Made by a program: the position numbers and the translations under genes
The notes under the pieces: generated by a model
The model's input: only the letters and a program-made list of their open reading frames with translations
Databases searched by the model: none
What the model was told of the DNA's origin: nothing
Virus record (IMG/VR): IMGVR_UViG_3300037296_000055
Location: 18,505 to 82,504 of that record
Length of the DNA: 64,000 nucleotides
Direction: 5' to 3' (one strand)
Source: a virus
Shown: in pieces, positions 27,093-36,562 of the stretch
Layout of the letters: every line of letters begins with the position of its first letter
How positions within the stretch are numbered: position 1 is the stretch's first letter

Positions 27093-27335
27093 ATGACAAC
27101 CCATATCCCCTTTACGCAGGCGTTCGTACTGGACGTCACGATGAAGAACATGAAGGGGGCGGTTGATCTTTCCATGCGAAAGACTGCCGCTCGCCTGATT
27201 GACTTCGCTGAAGACCAGGATAAGAAGATGGAGATCCTTGCGACGCTATCGTCCTTGGATCGTCTCCATAAGCTTCTTGCCGAAATTGAACAAAATAACC
27301 CCCACCTATTCCAGGATACCCACACACATGCGTAA
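27093..27335 (+). CDS. hypothetical protein (tail module)
   Basis: 80-aa helical ORF between the tube and chaperone genes. Confidence 0.6.
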   Translation: MTTHIPFTQAFVLDVTMKNMKGAVDLSMRKTAARLIDFAEDQDKKMEILATLSSLDRLHKLLAEIEQNNPHLFQDTHTHA

Positions 27336-27672
27336 GCTGCTTGCACAAGACCGTATCACCGTAGAAGTTCCTTTTCAGGGCGACACGCTGCAGGTCAAAG
27401 AACTCTCCGTGGCCGAGATCAAGACGTTCCAGAAGACTGTAAAGACTCTGAACGACGATAAGAAGGCCGACAACGAAGACAAGGCCCTGGGCACCCAGCG
27501 TGAGCTGATCCGCCTGGCCGTGGTCGACGCAAACGACATGACAGATGAAGAGCTGGACACGTTCCCTCTGAAAGCTCTGTCCGCACTGTGTAACCGCATT
27601 CTCGAAATCAACGGTCTGGCCTCAAACATGAATGACGAGCCTGACGCTGACGGAGAGGTGGGAAACGCCTAA
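27328..27672 (+). CDS. tail assembly chaperone (gpG-like)
   Basis: Start MRKLL; acidic; ends just after the slippery heptamer GGGAAAC. Confidence 0.75.
   Translation: MRKLLAQDRITVEVPFQGDTLQVKELSVAEIKTFQKTVKTLNDDKKADNEDKALGTQRELIRLAVVDANDMTDEELDTFPLKALSALCNRILEINGLASNMNDEPDADGEVGNA
27660..27666 (+). other. -1 programmed ribosomal frameshift site G GGA AAC
   Basis: X XXY YYZ heptamer in frame; the -1 frame is open to 27989. Confidence 0.8.
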
Positions 27673-27989
27673 GCAGCGAAGAGCTTGAGCTCTACGAGAT
27701 CGCTTTTGTGCTCAACCGTACAGTCTACGAAATTGAGCACGAAATGTCTAACAGAGAACTCCTCGGTTGGGTCGAATATTTTCGACGTCGACCTCCCGGC
27801 TGGAAGGACGATCAGCGTACCTCGATGATTGTCTCAGCTTTCGGCTCTAAGGCTAAGCCTGAGGAGCTGTTCCCTTCAATAGCTGCTATCAAGAAAGACC
27901 TAGAACGTAGCCAGAAGAAGAAGTCTGTAGCACAAGCGTTCATGGAGAAATTTGGCCATCTATTCCCACAATTGGAGCTGGAAGAATGA
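27660..27989 (+). CDS. tail assembly chaperone gpGT C-terminal part (via -1 frameshift)
   Basis: ELYEIAFVLNRTVYEIE..MS..EL.GW.EYF..RPPG...D.R, a gpT-like pattern. Confidence 0.75.
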   Translation, partial: GKRLSSEELELYEIAFVLNRTVYEIEHEMSNRELLGWVEYFRRRPPGWKDDQRTSMIVSAFGSKAKPEELFPSIAAIKKDLERSQKKKSVAQAFMEKFGHLFPQLELEE

Positions 27990-28315
27990 GTATACTCTCA
28001 GTCCGCTTCCGAGGGGACATCAAAGGCCAAGTCAGCAGAGAGCTCTCCGATAATCAGGAGAAGGAGCTGAAACAAGTTCAAGCAGAGTCCCTGCAATCAA
28101 TGATCGCTGCGACCCCTATTGATACAGGGGAAGCACGATCGAACTGGCGAGTTCAGGACATCGGTCCTGACGGTTTTACGCTGGTGAACGACTCACCCTA
28201 TATCGGTGTCCTCAATGCAGGGCACTCGGGTCAAGCACCCGCACGATTTATTGAAGGCGTTGCCCTACGTTACGGTAGAGCCTTCGGAACAATAGTCAAC
28301 TACTTCCGCTCGTGA
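27986..28315 (+). CDS. HK97 gp10-like neck/tail completion protein
   Basis: TPIDTGEARSNW, NDSPYIGVLNAGHSGQAP..F. Confidence 0.8.
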   Translation: MSILSVRFRGDIKGQVSRELSDNQEKELKQVQAESLQSMIAATPIDTGEARSNWRVQDIGPDGFTLVNDSPYIGVLNAGHSGQAPARFIEGVALRYGRAFGTIVNYFRS

Positions 28316-28321
28316 GATAAC

Positions 28322-28360
28322 AGCCCCGTTATGACGTCTGTGTCACTTCGGGGCTTTTTT
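28322..28360 (+). terminator. intrinsic terminator/attenuator before the tape measure gene
   Basis: AGCCCCG..TGAC..GTCA..CGGGGCT stem followed by a T-tract. Confidence 0.65.
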
Positions 28361-28373
28361 ATGGAGTAAGTCC

Positions 28374-31300
28374 GTGGCAGTCACCATTGAATTCGACGCT
28401 AACGTACTCCCTGCACAGCGGGGAATACGAAACCTTGATCGTTCCATGGACACCCTCATGTCCTCGGCCAATAAAGCAACACGCTCTACTGGCAAGCTGA
28501 ACGACCTTAGTACCCTGAAAGCTCAGCGCTCTCTCGATACTATGAACAAATCTTTGAAGAGCATGGAGAAGCAAGCTTCTTCAACCAAACGTATGATGAT
28601 GGGCATGATTGCCAGCGTCGGTGCCGGTATGTCCGTCACAGCGCTCGCACGTACCGCCGACTCATACAAGAACATGACCAACAAGCTGATGTCCATGGGG
28701 CAATCCACCGGCGAAGCTCGGGATACTCTCCTGGACCTCTCTGACGTGGCAGCTCGTACCCGTACACCTCTGGCTGACATGGCCTCCCTGTATGCCAAGG
28801 CTTCCCTCGCAGCTAACGACCTCGGAGCCTCGCAGGCTGACATCATGCAGTTCACCGAGAACATCGGTAACGCCCTTGGTTCCTCCGGTACTTCCGCAAC
28901 CTCCGCAGCTGGCGCACTCTTGCAGCTGGGTCAGGCTCTGGGCGGTACTCTGGTTCAGGCCGAGGAATTCAACTCGATCCTTGATGGTTCGTTCGCCGTG
29001 GCTCAGGCCGCTGCTGACGGTATCGAAGCAGCTGGTGGCTCCGTTGCCAAGCTGAACCGTATGGTCAAGGACCAAAAAGTCACTCCCCAGATGCTCTATC
29101 AGGGCATCATGTCTCAGTCGGAACAACTTGCTGAGAAGATGGGTAAGACGACTTCCACCATCGGTCAAGCCTTTGAAGTTCTACGCAACCGCTGGACCCT
29201 GTTCATTGGTACTCTGGACCTCACCTATGGCGTGTCCACCGGTGTCTCCAACATCATTCTCAGGATCGCTGACGCGGTCAACTACCTCGCACGGAACATG
29301 GAGCTGATCGAGATCCCGATCAAGACGTTCCTGACCCTGCTCGCTGTCATCCCCCTCATGCTGGGCTTCATGGTCGTTGATCCGATCAAGGCCAAGATCG
29401 CAGAGATGCGGGAAGCCTTCGATAGCTTCCTGGGCGGTAACGGCATCAGCTTCGAGGGGCTGAAGTCTGCCTTCTCTAACCTGAAAGCCTCGTTCCCTGG
29501 CACGATGGACTTTGCCGGAAACCTGTTCAAGCAGCTCTGGGAAACCATCAAGCTCTACGGCGCTGGAATTGGCGACTCTGTCAAGGTACTTGGGGCCTAC
29601 GTCAAGTTCGAGTTCCAACAGCTCTGGGCGTCCTTCGCCCTGAAGTTCCCTGACTTCTCCATCAAGGTCAAGGAGTACGCCACCAAGACGGTCGAGTACG
29701 TCAAGTGGATGGTCGAGATGCTCAAGTCCCTTGCTGTGGGTGTCAAGGACTCCATCGGTGGGTTCTTCGCTGACATCGACTTCGACGCCGCCTTTGGTCT
29801 GGACGAAGGTGTCTTTGACTCCATCACCGGCAAGGTGACTTCCAAGGTCAAGGGTATCCGTGACGCCATCTCCGGTCTGTTCGGTCCTGCGCGTGAAGCG
29901 CCGAGAGGTAACTTCCTGGAAGTAATGGCTCAGCGGATCAAGGAGTCCAAGGAAGACCCTCTACTGCAGAAGTCCAACTTCATCAAGGACACGATCCTGG
30001 ATGCTACTGGCTTTTCCATCGGTGAGATCGAGAACGCTGAAGGTCTGGGCATCCAGATCGACAAAGTCCTTGGTAACGCTGAAGGCCAAACCAAAGTCCT
30101 GGACCTGATCTTTGACCGTAGTGGTGCCAAAGCTCGTCTGAACATGCTGCTGATCCAGAACGCTCTGATCTCGTTCGGTCAAGCCATCATCCACCCTATC
30201 AAGACCATTTCCGAGGGCTTCTCGAAAGCCTTCAACTCGACCGAGCGTGCCTTTGATACTGGCATGTTCGCCATCGGCATCAAGAACTTCGCAGAGTCCC
30301 TGCGTAACTTGTCTATCGCTTCCATCGTCATGACCCACTACAAAGAGTCCCTGCGGGCTCTGACCATGACCTTTGGCTCTTCTATCCGTGGTACCCTGGC
30401 CGTTCTTGGTCTGGTCGTCATGGGCATCATGCAGCTCCCTGGCCTGTTCGGTCACGTTCTGGCAACCCTGAAGGTTGTCGGCGAATACGTGGGCGAGATC
30501 CTGGGCGGTATCTGGGAAGGGTTCGCCCTCACAGACATCGGCGAGGCTGTCAAGGATAGCTTCAAAAGTGTCAAAGACTTCGGTGCTGATCTCCTGGACG
30601 CCATGGGTCTGGAGCGTCTGAAGGACGGCTTCAGGTCTGTCAAAGAAGCCATGGAGAACATCTTCGGTGACTTCTCCGGCACTGTCGGTATCACCAGCCT
30701 TGTTGCTCTGGGTTCTGCCCTGGCAATGGTGGTCTGGCGTACCGGTGCTCTGGGCATTGCCTTCAAGCAAGTCTCCCTGGGTGCTACCGCGCTGATGACC
30801 GGTAACTCTCTGCTGACCCGCTCCCTCCGGGGTGTGGCCAGTGGTTTCTTCCTCTGGATTTCTGTCTTCAACCTCCTACCTGACCTGATGCGCTTTGCCG
30901 CAAAGTTCTTGCCGGAAGAGATGGCAACGATCGTGAAGGACGCGGCTGAGGAACTGTCTGACTTTCCGATCCTGATCAAAGACCTGTTCCTGAAAGGCTT
31001 CAAGAACCTCGAAGATATCGAGTGGGGCGAAGTCGGAACTAACATCGCTGAGCAACTGTCCAAGGCCCTTCAGAAGGGTGCTGAGGCGCAGGGCTGGGTC
31101 GATGACCAAGGTCAGAAGATCTGGGAAAAGCTGATGAACTTTGATGGTCGGTCCGCGCTGGCCAACATCAAGGGCAAGCTGCGTAGCCTGTATCAGGGCA
31201 TCGTGAGCCTTGTCAAAGGTATCTTCTCGGTAATCACGTTCCCCGCAAAGATCTTCCAGTTCGATGCTAACGTTATCCTGGCTGCTGCTTCTGCTCTGGG

Positions 31301-34300
31301 TCTCTTGTTCATCAAGGGCTTCCGGGACGGTCTGCTGCGTGCTGCCAAGGTCACTATCGGTCTGGGCATCCTGCTTCCGATGTTTGACAGTGGCTCCATG
31401 CGTCGAGTGGTTTACGGCTATGCTTCTGGCATCGTCGGTATCCTGTTCGAAGCTCTGGGCAAAGAGTTCGAGTCGGTTGGCTGGGATGAAATGAACTCAC
31501 GGGTGCTTGACAAGATCCTGACTCCTCCGAAAGAGGGAGACACGATGGTTGGGAACTACATCCGTAAAGTCGGCAACATCATGAAGAACATCGGCGCTAC
31601 GCTGATCCTCTCCGTGATGGACAACCTGGGCTTCAGTGAAGAAACTGGCAACTGGGTGGCCGAACAGTTCTCCGGCTCCATCGGTGGTGGTCTTGTTCTG
31701 GGTGCAGCAATGCTCCTGTCCGGCACTGCTCGTGGTGTTATCTTCGGAAGTCTGAAAGCACTCTTCGGTGCCAAGATGATGAAGATGGCCTTCGAACACT
31801 GGGGCGACACTACTGAAGATGGTATGAAGCACTTCGCACGGGGTATCCGTGGTAGTGTGATCCGTCTGATCGGTGTTGCTGGAGGCATGCTAGGTTACGG
31901 TATCGGTCAGCACATCGCTGATCGTATGGACCTTAGCGGCGTCGAACGTATGTTCACTGTGGGTCTGTCCACTCTGTTGGGCTTCATCCTTCCGCAGATG
32001 TTCGGAACTGCTCTCTTCGGCATGATGGCAACCCGCTGGGCCGCTGTCATGGCTCGCTTCGCCACTTTCGGTGCGAGTTCCTTCGGCCAAGTTCTGGGTC
32101 GTATCTTCTCCCTCAAGGGCGCTGCTCTTGCTGGTGGTACGTTCCTGACTCTGGACGGTCTGTTCGGTGGAATGACCGGGCTCTCCGAGCAGATGGAGAA
32201 AGGCCTGTTCGCCGCAATCTCCATCGGTCTCGCAGGTGCTTCCCGCTTCATGCCTGACCTTCTGGGTCGTTGGTGGCGTCAAGTTGGTCTCTACATGTCC
32301 ATCAGCCTCTACGGCATGCTGGCACCTCTGGGAGCCGCTCTGCAACGTCAGCTCACAACCACTCTAGGTCGCGCATTCCTGAATGCGGGTCCTGCTCTAG
32401 GTTCCCTTATCGGTGGCGTGTTCCGAGGCCTAAACCTTGGCTCCGTGATCGGTATGATCATTGGTCAGAACCTCCAAGACGCAAGCATCGGTGACATCAT
32501 CCAACGGGTGCTGTATGCCACTGTTGCGGGTATGGTACTAGGTGCAGGCTGGAAGAAATCTCTGGCCCTGTCCGTGGTCTACGCAATCATCGAAGCGTGG
32601 AACAACCCTGAGATCCAGAACGCCGTTTCAGGTCTGGAAGGTATCCTGCAAGGGTTCCTGAACGAGATGGGCTTCGACGTTGAGCTCTCTGGCTTCACCA
32701 ACAACATCGGCATGACTATCACGGACGCGCTGTCCGAGAACAAGCTGGGTTCCTTCATCCTGAAGAACTGGCAGACCGTCTTGCCCGCAATGTTGAGCAG
32801 TGCAGTCCGTAAGATGTCCTTCCCCGCACTAGGGGCGGCGCTGCTTGACGGCTTGGCAAAGTCCTTCGTTGGTGACTCCAACCTCCCTGCTGAATTGCAG
32901 GCTGAGCTGGATGACGTCTTCTCTGACGCGACCCTTGCTATGGGTGTTGCTGGTACTGTTGGTACGGCTGTCGGTGGTCCATTCGTGGGCATCGGCATGG
33001 GTATTGCTGCTGGTATCATCACTGGCATGATGTCCTACTTCAACTCAGGTCTTCCTGGTTCCATGGTTTCCGACGCGATCGGTAACATGGTTGCCAAGGG
33101 CCTCCGTGGTACTATGGGCGATACTGTTGCGGACGCTATGCTCCGTGCAGGTAACCTGATGAACTCCGGGAAGGACGGTCCCGTCAATGACTATGAGCTG
33201 GCAATCCAGCCCTACATTGACCAAGACTACATCACTCCTGAGATCGAGGCCACCGCTAAGGCTGCGATGGAGGCTCTGCAAGCCACGCTTGACCGTCGCT
33301 CCGATGGCTACGCTGGTCTGGAAGTGTTCGACTCGATGGTCGCCAACCTGGCCACCACTCGTGCCGCGATCGAAGGGTTCACCAACGACATCGGCGCAAT
33401 GAATGCTGCTGCAGACCTTGCTGCTAGCCGGATTGCTGGTCTGGGTGAGAACCTTGCCGCTCGTCCTGCAACCTCAGACCGTCAGAGCGATCGTGCTAAT
33501 GACGTCCTGGGTGAGATCCAGCCTAAGGTTTCTCCGGACGCCTTCGCTGATCTTGTGCAGCAAGCCCTTGACGCTAAGCTGGAGATTGAGCAAGTCTTCA
33601 TCGACGCGTTGGACACGACCTCTATCACTACCGGGCTGGAGACTTCTGTCTCTGTTGCGGACATGACACCTGACACTTCTCCGATCACGAACGCGTTCGG
33701 TCAGATGTTCGGTGACTTGGCAACTCGCTCTATCGCTGAGGGCGCGGGCTTCGCTCGTAACCTTACCGATCCTCTGCCTCCTGCGATGCAGGGCGCGGCT
33801 GACTCTGCCATCAACATGGTCGAGACCTCTCTGAACAGCAACGCTCAGCGTCTTGGTCAGGACTTCGCCAACACCCTCGTGACTGGCATCAAGGGCGTCT
33901 TTGGTTCCACAACCATCGCGGCTCCGACCATCTCGGCCCCCAAGCTGAGCTATGGTGCAACGACCTCGAAGGCCCCTCCCGCAGGTGGTCGTCCGAGTGA
34001 GTTCTCCACAGGTGGTTCCGTCTTCGGCCCTGGCACAGGCACCTCCGACAGCATCCCCGCGCTGTTGTCCAACGGTGAGTTTGTGATCAATGCCAAGGAC
34101 ACTTCCAAGAACCTGGCTCTGCTGAAAGCGATCAACACCGGGAAAGACATCTCTCGGTTCGCTGCTGGAGGTATGGCCGGTCAACGTCGTCAGGTTGTAC
34201 AACGCTTCAAGACGGGCACTGATGAGCCTGCCAAGGCGAAGTACTCCTACACTGAGGACTTTGAAGGTCCGGCTGCTGGCTGGGCTGACTGGATCAGTGA

Positions 34301-35420
34301 CAAGTCGACCAAGGCCGCAGAAGCTCTCCGTCAAACGGTTGAGACTGGTGCTGCCAACCTTCTGCGTATCAACAGAGAGGGTAACGACTCCGCAAGCGAT
34401 ACCCGGAAGAACACCTCCGGTATCACTGACGCTGTCGAGAAGAGCAAGAAGGACGCCGCAAACTCCGGTAAGAAGATCGTTGATGCGATCGAGAAGGAGA
34501 AGGAGCTGAAGCCGCTGAACGCGACGGATGCTGCTGCTGCGGAGATGAAAGAACAGACCGACCTGTTGAAGGGCATCCAAGATGCGCTGCTGCAACAGAC
34601 CGGCTCTGGCCGTATTCGTCTGGCTGACAAGATCGTAACAACGATCGACCAGTATGGCGAAGAGCAGAAGTCTATCGAACCTCAGTACCAGTACACCGGT
34701 ATGATGAACGAGGTTGACTTTGCTCAGGCAGGCGCTGATGGCGCTCAAGAGATGCTGAACGGTTTCAAGACTCAGATGTCTGGTTTCCTGTCAGGTGATC
34801 TGAGCTTCGGAGACGCTATCGATGGCTTCCTTGATCAACTGACCAACGGGATCATCAACTCCTTCGTCAACTCCTTCTCCAACTCCATGTTTGGTCCTGG
34901 TGGTTTGAACCTCAGCTCCATGTTCTCCGGCTTGTTCGGTGGCATGAGCTCTCAGGGTGCAAGCTCCGGTCTCGGCGCTTCGGGCATCATCGGCACTATC
35001 GGTGGTTTCCTGGGCTTCGCAGACGGTGGTCCGATCTCTGGTCAGGGTGGTCCTCGTTCGGATGACATCCCTGCCATGCTGTCCAACGGTGAGTACGTCA
35101 TCAATGCTTCAGCAACCCGCAAGAACCGTGACCTTCTGGACGCGATCAACTCTGGTCGTCGCCCTGCAGGGTTCGCAAACGGGGGACTCGTGGGACCTGC
35201 TGCCTTCAAGGCTGCTGCTGTCGGTACCATGGCCGACATGGCCTCAATGGTCTCAGGTAGCCAAGCCGGTGGTAGCGCTTCCGCCCAACCCGCCTCGCAG
35301 ACTACGGTCAACCTGGGCATCACCGGAGATGTCTCTGACGCAACCCGTCAGCAACTCCGTCGGATGATCCCCGAGCTCGTATCTCAAATGGACTCCTACA
35401 AAAGAAATAGGAACAAGTAA
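28374..35420 (+). CDS. tape measure protein
   Basis: 2348 aa; tape-measure N-terminal domain (QLGQALGG..QAEEFNSI); two C-terminal GG...G.G...SD.IPA.LSNGE.VINA repeats. Confidence 0.95.
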   Translation: MAVTIEFDANVLPAQRGIRNLDRSMDTLMSSANKATRSTGKLNDLSTLKAQRSLDTMNKSLKSMEKQASSTKRMMMGMIASVGAGMSVTALARTADSYKNMTNKLMSMGQSTGEARDTLLDLSDVAARTRTPLADMASLYAKASLAANDLGASQADIMQFTENIGNALGSSGTSATSAAGALLQLGQALGGTLVQAEEFNSILDGSFAVAQAAADGIEAAGGSVAKLNRMVKDQKVTPQMLYQGIMSQSEQLAEKMGKTTSTIGQAFEVLRNRWTLFIGTLDLTYGVSTGVSNIILRIADAVNYLARNMELIEIPIKTFLTLLAVIPLMLGFMVVDPIKAKIAEMREAFDSFLGGNGISFEGLKSAFSNLKASFPGTMDFAGNLFKQLWETIKLYGAGIGDSVKVLGAYVKFEFQQLWASFALKFPDFSIKVKEYATKTVEYVKWMVEMLKSLAVGVKDSIGGFFADIDFDAAFGLDEGVFDSITGKVTSKVKGIRDAISGLFGPAREAPRGNFLEVMAQRIKESKEDPLLQKSNFIKDTILDATGFSIGEIENAEGLGIQIDKVLGNAEGQTKVLDLIFDRSGAKARLNMLLIQNALISFGQAIIHPIKTISEGFSKAFNSTERAFDTGMFAIGIKNFAESLRNLSIASIVMTHYKESLRALTMTFGSSIRGTLAVLGLVVMGIMQLPGLFGHVLATLKVVGEYVGEILGGIWEGFALTDIGEAVKDSFKSVKDFGADLLDAMGLERLKDGFRSVKEAMENIFGDFSGTVGITSLVALGSALAMVVWRTGALGIAFKQVSLGATALMTGNSLLTRSLRGVASGFFLWISVFNLLPDLMRFAAKFLPEEMATIVKDAAEELSDFPILIKDLFLKGFKNLEDIEWGEVGTNIAEQLSKALQKGAEAQGWVDDQGQKIWEKLMNFDGRSALANIKGKLRSLYQGIVSLVKGIFSVITFPAKIFQFDANVILAAASALGLLFIKGFRDGLLRAAKVTIGLGILLPMFDSGSMRRVVYGYASGIVGILFEALGKEFESVGWDEMNSRVLDKILTPPKEGDTMVGNYIRKVGNIMKNIGATLILSVMDNLGFSEETGNWVAEQFSGSIGGGLVLGAAMLLSGTARGVIFGSLKALFGAKMMKMAFEHWGDTTEDGMKHFARGIRGSVIRLIGVAGGMLGYGIGQHIADRMDLSGVERMFTVGLSTLLGFILPQMFGTALFGMMATRWAAVMARFATFGASSFGQVLGRIFSLKGAALAGGTFLTLDGLFGGMTGLSEQMEKGLFAAISIGLAGASRFMPDLLGRWWRQVGLYMSISLYGMLAPLGAALQRQLTTTLGRAFLNAGPALGSLIGGVFRGLNLGSVIGMIIGQNLQDASIGDIIQRVLYATVAGMVLGAGWKKSLALSVVYAIIEAWNNPEIQNAVSGLEGILQGFLNEMGFDVELSGFTNNIGMTITDALSENKLGSFILKNWQTVLPAMLSSAVRKMSFPALGAALLDGLAKSFVGDSNLPAELQAELDDVFSDATLAMGVAGTVGTAVGGPFVGIGMGIAAGIITGMMSYFNSGLPGSMVSDAIGNMVAKGLRGTMGDTVADAMLRAGNLMNSGKDGPVNDYELAIQPYIDQDYITPEIEATAKAAMEALQATLDRRSDGYAGLEVFDSMVANLATTRAAIEGFTNDIGAMNAAADLAASRIAGLGENLAARPATSDRQSDRANDVLGEIQPKVSPDAFADLVQQALDAKLEIEQVFIDALDTTSITTGLETSVSVADMTPDTSPITNAFGQMFGDLATRSIAEGAGFARNLTDPLPPAMQGAADSAINMVETSLNSNAQRLGQDFANTLVTGIKGVFGSTTIAAPTISAPKLSYGATTSKAPPAGGRPSEFSTGGSVFGPGTGTSDSIPALLSNGEFVINAKDTSKNLALLKAINTGKDISRFAAGGMAGQRRQVVQRFKTGTDEPAKAKYSYTEDFEGPAAGWADWISDKSTKAAEALRQTVETGAANLLRINREGNDSASDTRKNTSGITDAVEKSKKDAANSGKKIVDAIEKEKELKPLNATDAAAAEMKEQTDLLKGIQDALLQQTGSGRIRLADKIVTTIDQYGEEQKSIEPQYQYTGMMNEVDFAQAGADGAQEMLNGFKTQMSGFLSGDLSFGDAIDGFLDQLTNGIINSFVNSFSNSMFGPGGLNLSSMFSGLFGGMSSQGASSGLGASGIIGTIGGFLGFADGGPISGQGGPRSDDIPAMLSNGEYVINASATRKNRDLLDAINSGRRPAGFANGGLVGPAAFKAAAVGTMADMASMVSGSQAGGSASAQPASQTTVNLGITGDVSDATRQQLRRMIPELVSQMDSYKRNRNK

Positions 35421-35995
35421 TGGCTGACTACACCTTCCAAGACATGACTATCATAGCCCCAGTCTCTTTCGAGTCGGAACAAAAGATCCTCTCAACCAAA
35501 ACGTGGGGATCTTCCGAGGAACGTGTTGTCATGGATGGACAGCGTTGGAAGGTGACTTTCAACGTTGAGCCACATGAGGGGGCTTCCCTGCTCCCCCATC
35601 TGGTCTCCAGCTTTGGCGATACCTTCGACTTCGAAATGCCTCAAGCAGAGGACCCGACACTGGACCATGAATTCCGGCATGTCTACTCAACCTCCGCAGC
35701 CCTCGCGGGCACCAACGCAATTCAGATCTCTGATGATGATCGGATGCTGGTGGCCAAGGGCCGCTTCATCAAGTTCAACAACCATACCAAGGTCTACATG
35801 ATCATCAACCTTTCAAGCAATACGATGTACATCTATCCTGAGCTACAGTCGGACATCTCGACTGGTCAGTACATCCCTTGTGGGCGCAACGTTACCATGA
35901 AGTGTCGCTACGATACCAACATGGTCCGTGGCATCACTTTCTCCGACGGTCTACTCTCAGACCCCGGCTCAATTACTCTGGTGGAGGCAGTATGA
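35420..35995 (+). CDS. distal tail (Dit-like) protein
   Basis: QRWKVTF, GRFIKFNNHTKVY..IYPEL; directly after the tape measure gene. Confidence 0.7.
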   Translation: MADYTFQDMTIIAPVSFESEQKILSTKTWGSSEERVVMDGQRWKVTFNVEPHEGASLLPHLVSSFGDTFDFEMPQAEDPTLDHEFRHVYSTSAALAGTNAIQISDDDRMLVAKGRFIKFNNHTKVYMIINLSSNTMYIYPELQSDISTGQYIPCGRNVTMKCRYDTNMVRGITFSDGLLSDPGSITLVEAV

Positions 35996-36558
35996 AGGAC
36001 GTACCACAGTTTATCCGTAATCGCCTTGCTGACACCGACGCAAAGATGTTCGCCAAGGTCTACATCGGGGCAACGGGTGGGGGCTACTACGCTTCCACTC
36101 TTCCCTACGACTTCACCCACGCAGGAAAAACCTGGAAGGGCAAGTCAGGCCTCAAAGAGATCGACACCACGACCCAGGATGATCGCGTATCCCGCGACCC
36201 CTACAGCATCTCTATCGTGGACGACGCTAACAGCTCTCTGGAGTTCCGTCTCCAGGTCGGCCAACCCATGACCATCGCGGTAGGGTTCTACGATCCCAAT
36301 CGTAACCAGCCGAACACTGAGGATTTCCTCACTCTCTACAACGGAAGAATTGACTTCTGGAGCCGTTCAATCGGTTCTGACAACCAACGCATACTACAGA
36401 TCCAGGGTGTATCTCCCTCAGGCGTTCTGTCACTAACTCGCGGCGTGTACACAGACATTGTCTACACACGTCAAATCGACTCAACAGACACCTCAATGCA
36501 GACCATCGGGCGAATGCGCTCTGATGATATCGTTCTGGATTGGGGCAAGCCGAGGTAA
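35992..36558 (+). CDS. minor tail/baseplate hub protein
   Basis: ATGA overlap; LYNGRID, D.S......LDWG pattern. Confidence 0.7.
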   Translation: MKDVPQFIRNRLADTDAKMFAKVYIGATGGGYYASTLPYDFTHAGKTWKGKSGLKEIDTTTQDDRVSRDPYSISIVDDANSSLEFRLQVGQPMTIAVGFYDPNRNQPNTEDFLTLYNGRIDFWSRSIGSDNQRILQIQGVSPSGVLSLTRGVYTDIVYTRQIDSTDTSMQTIGRMRSDDIVLDWGKPR

Positions 36559-36562
36559 ACCC

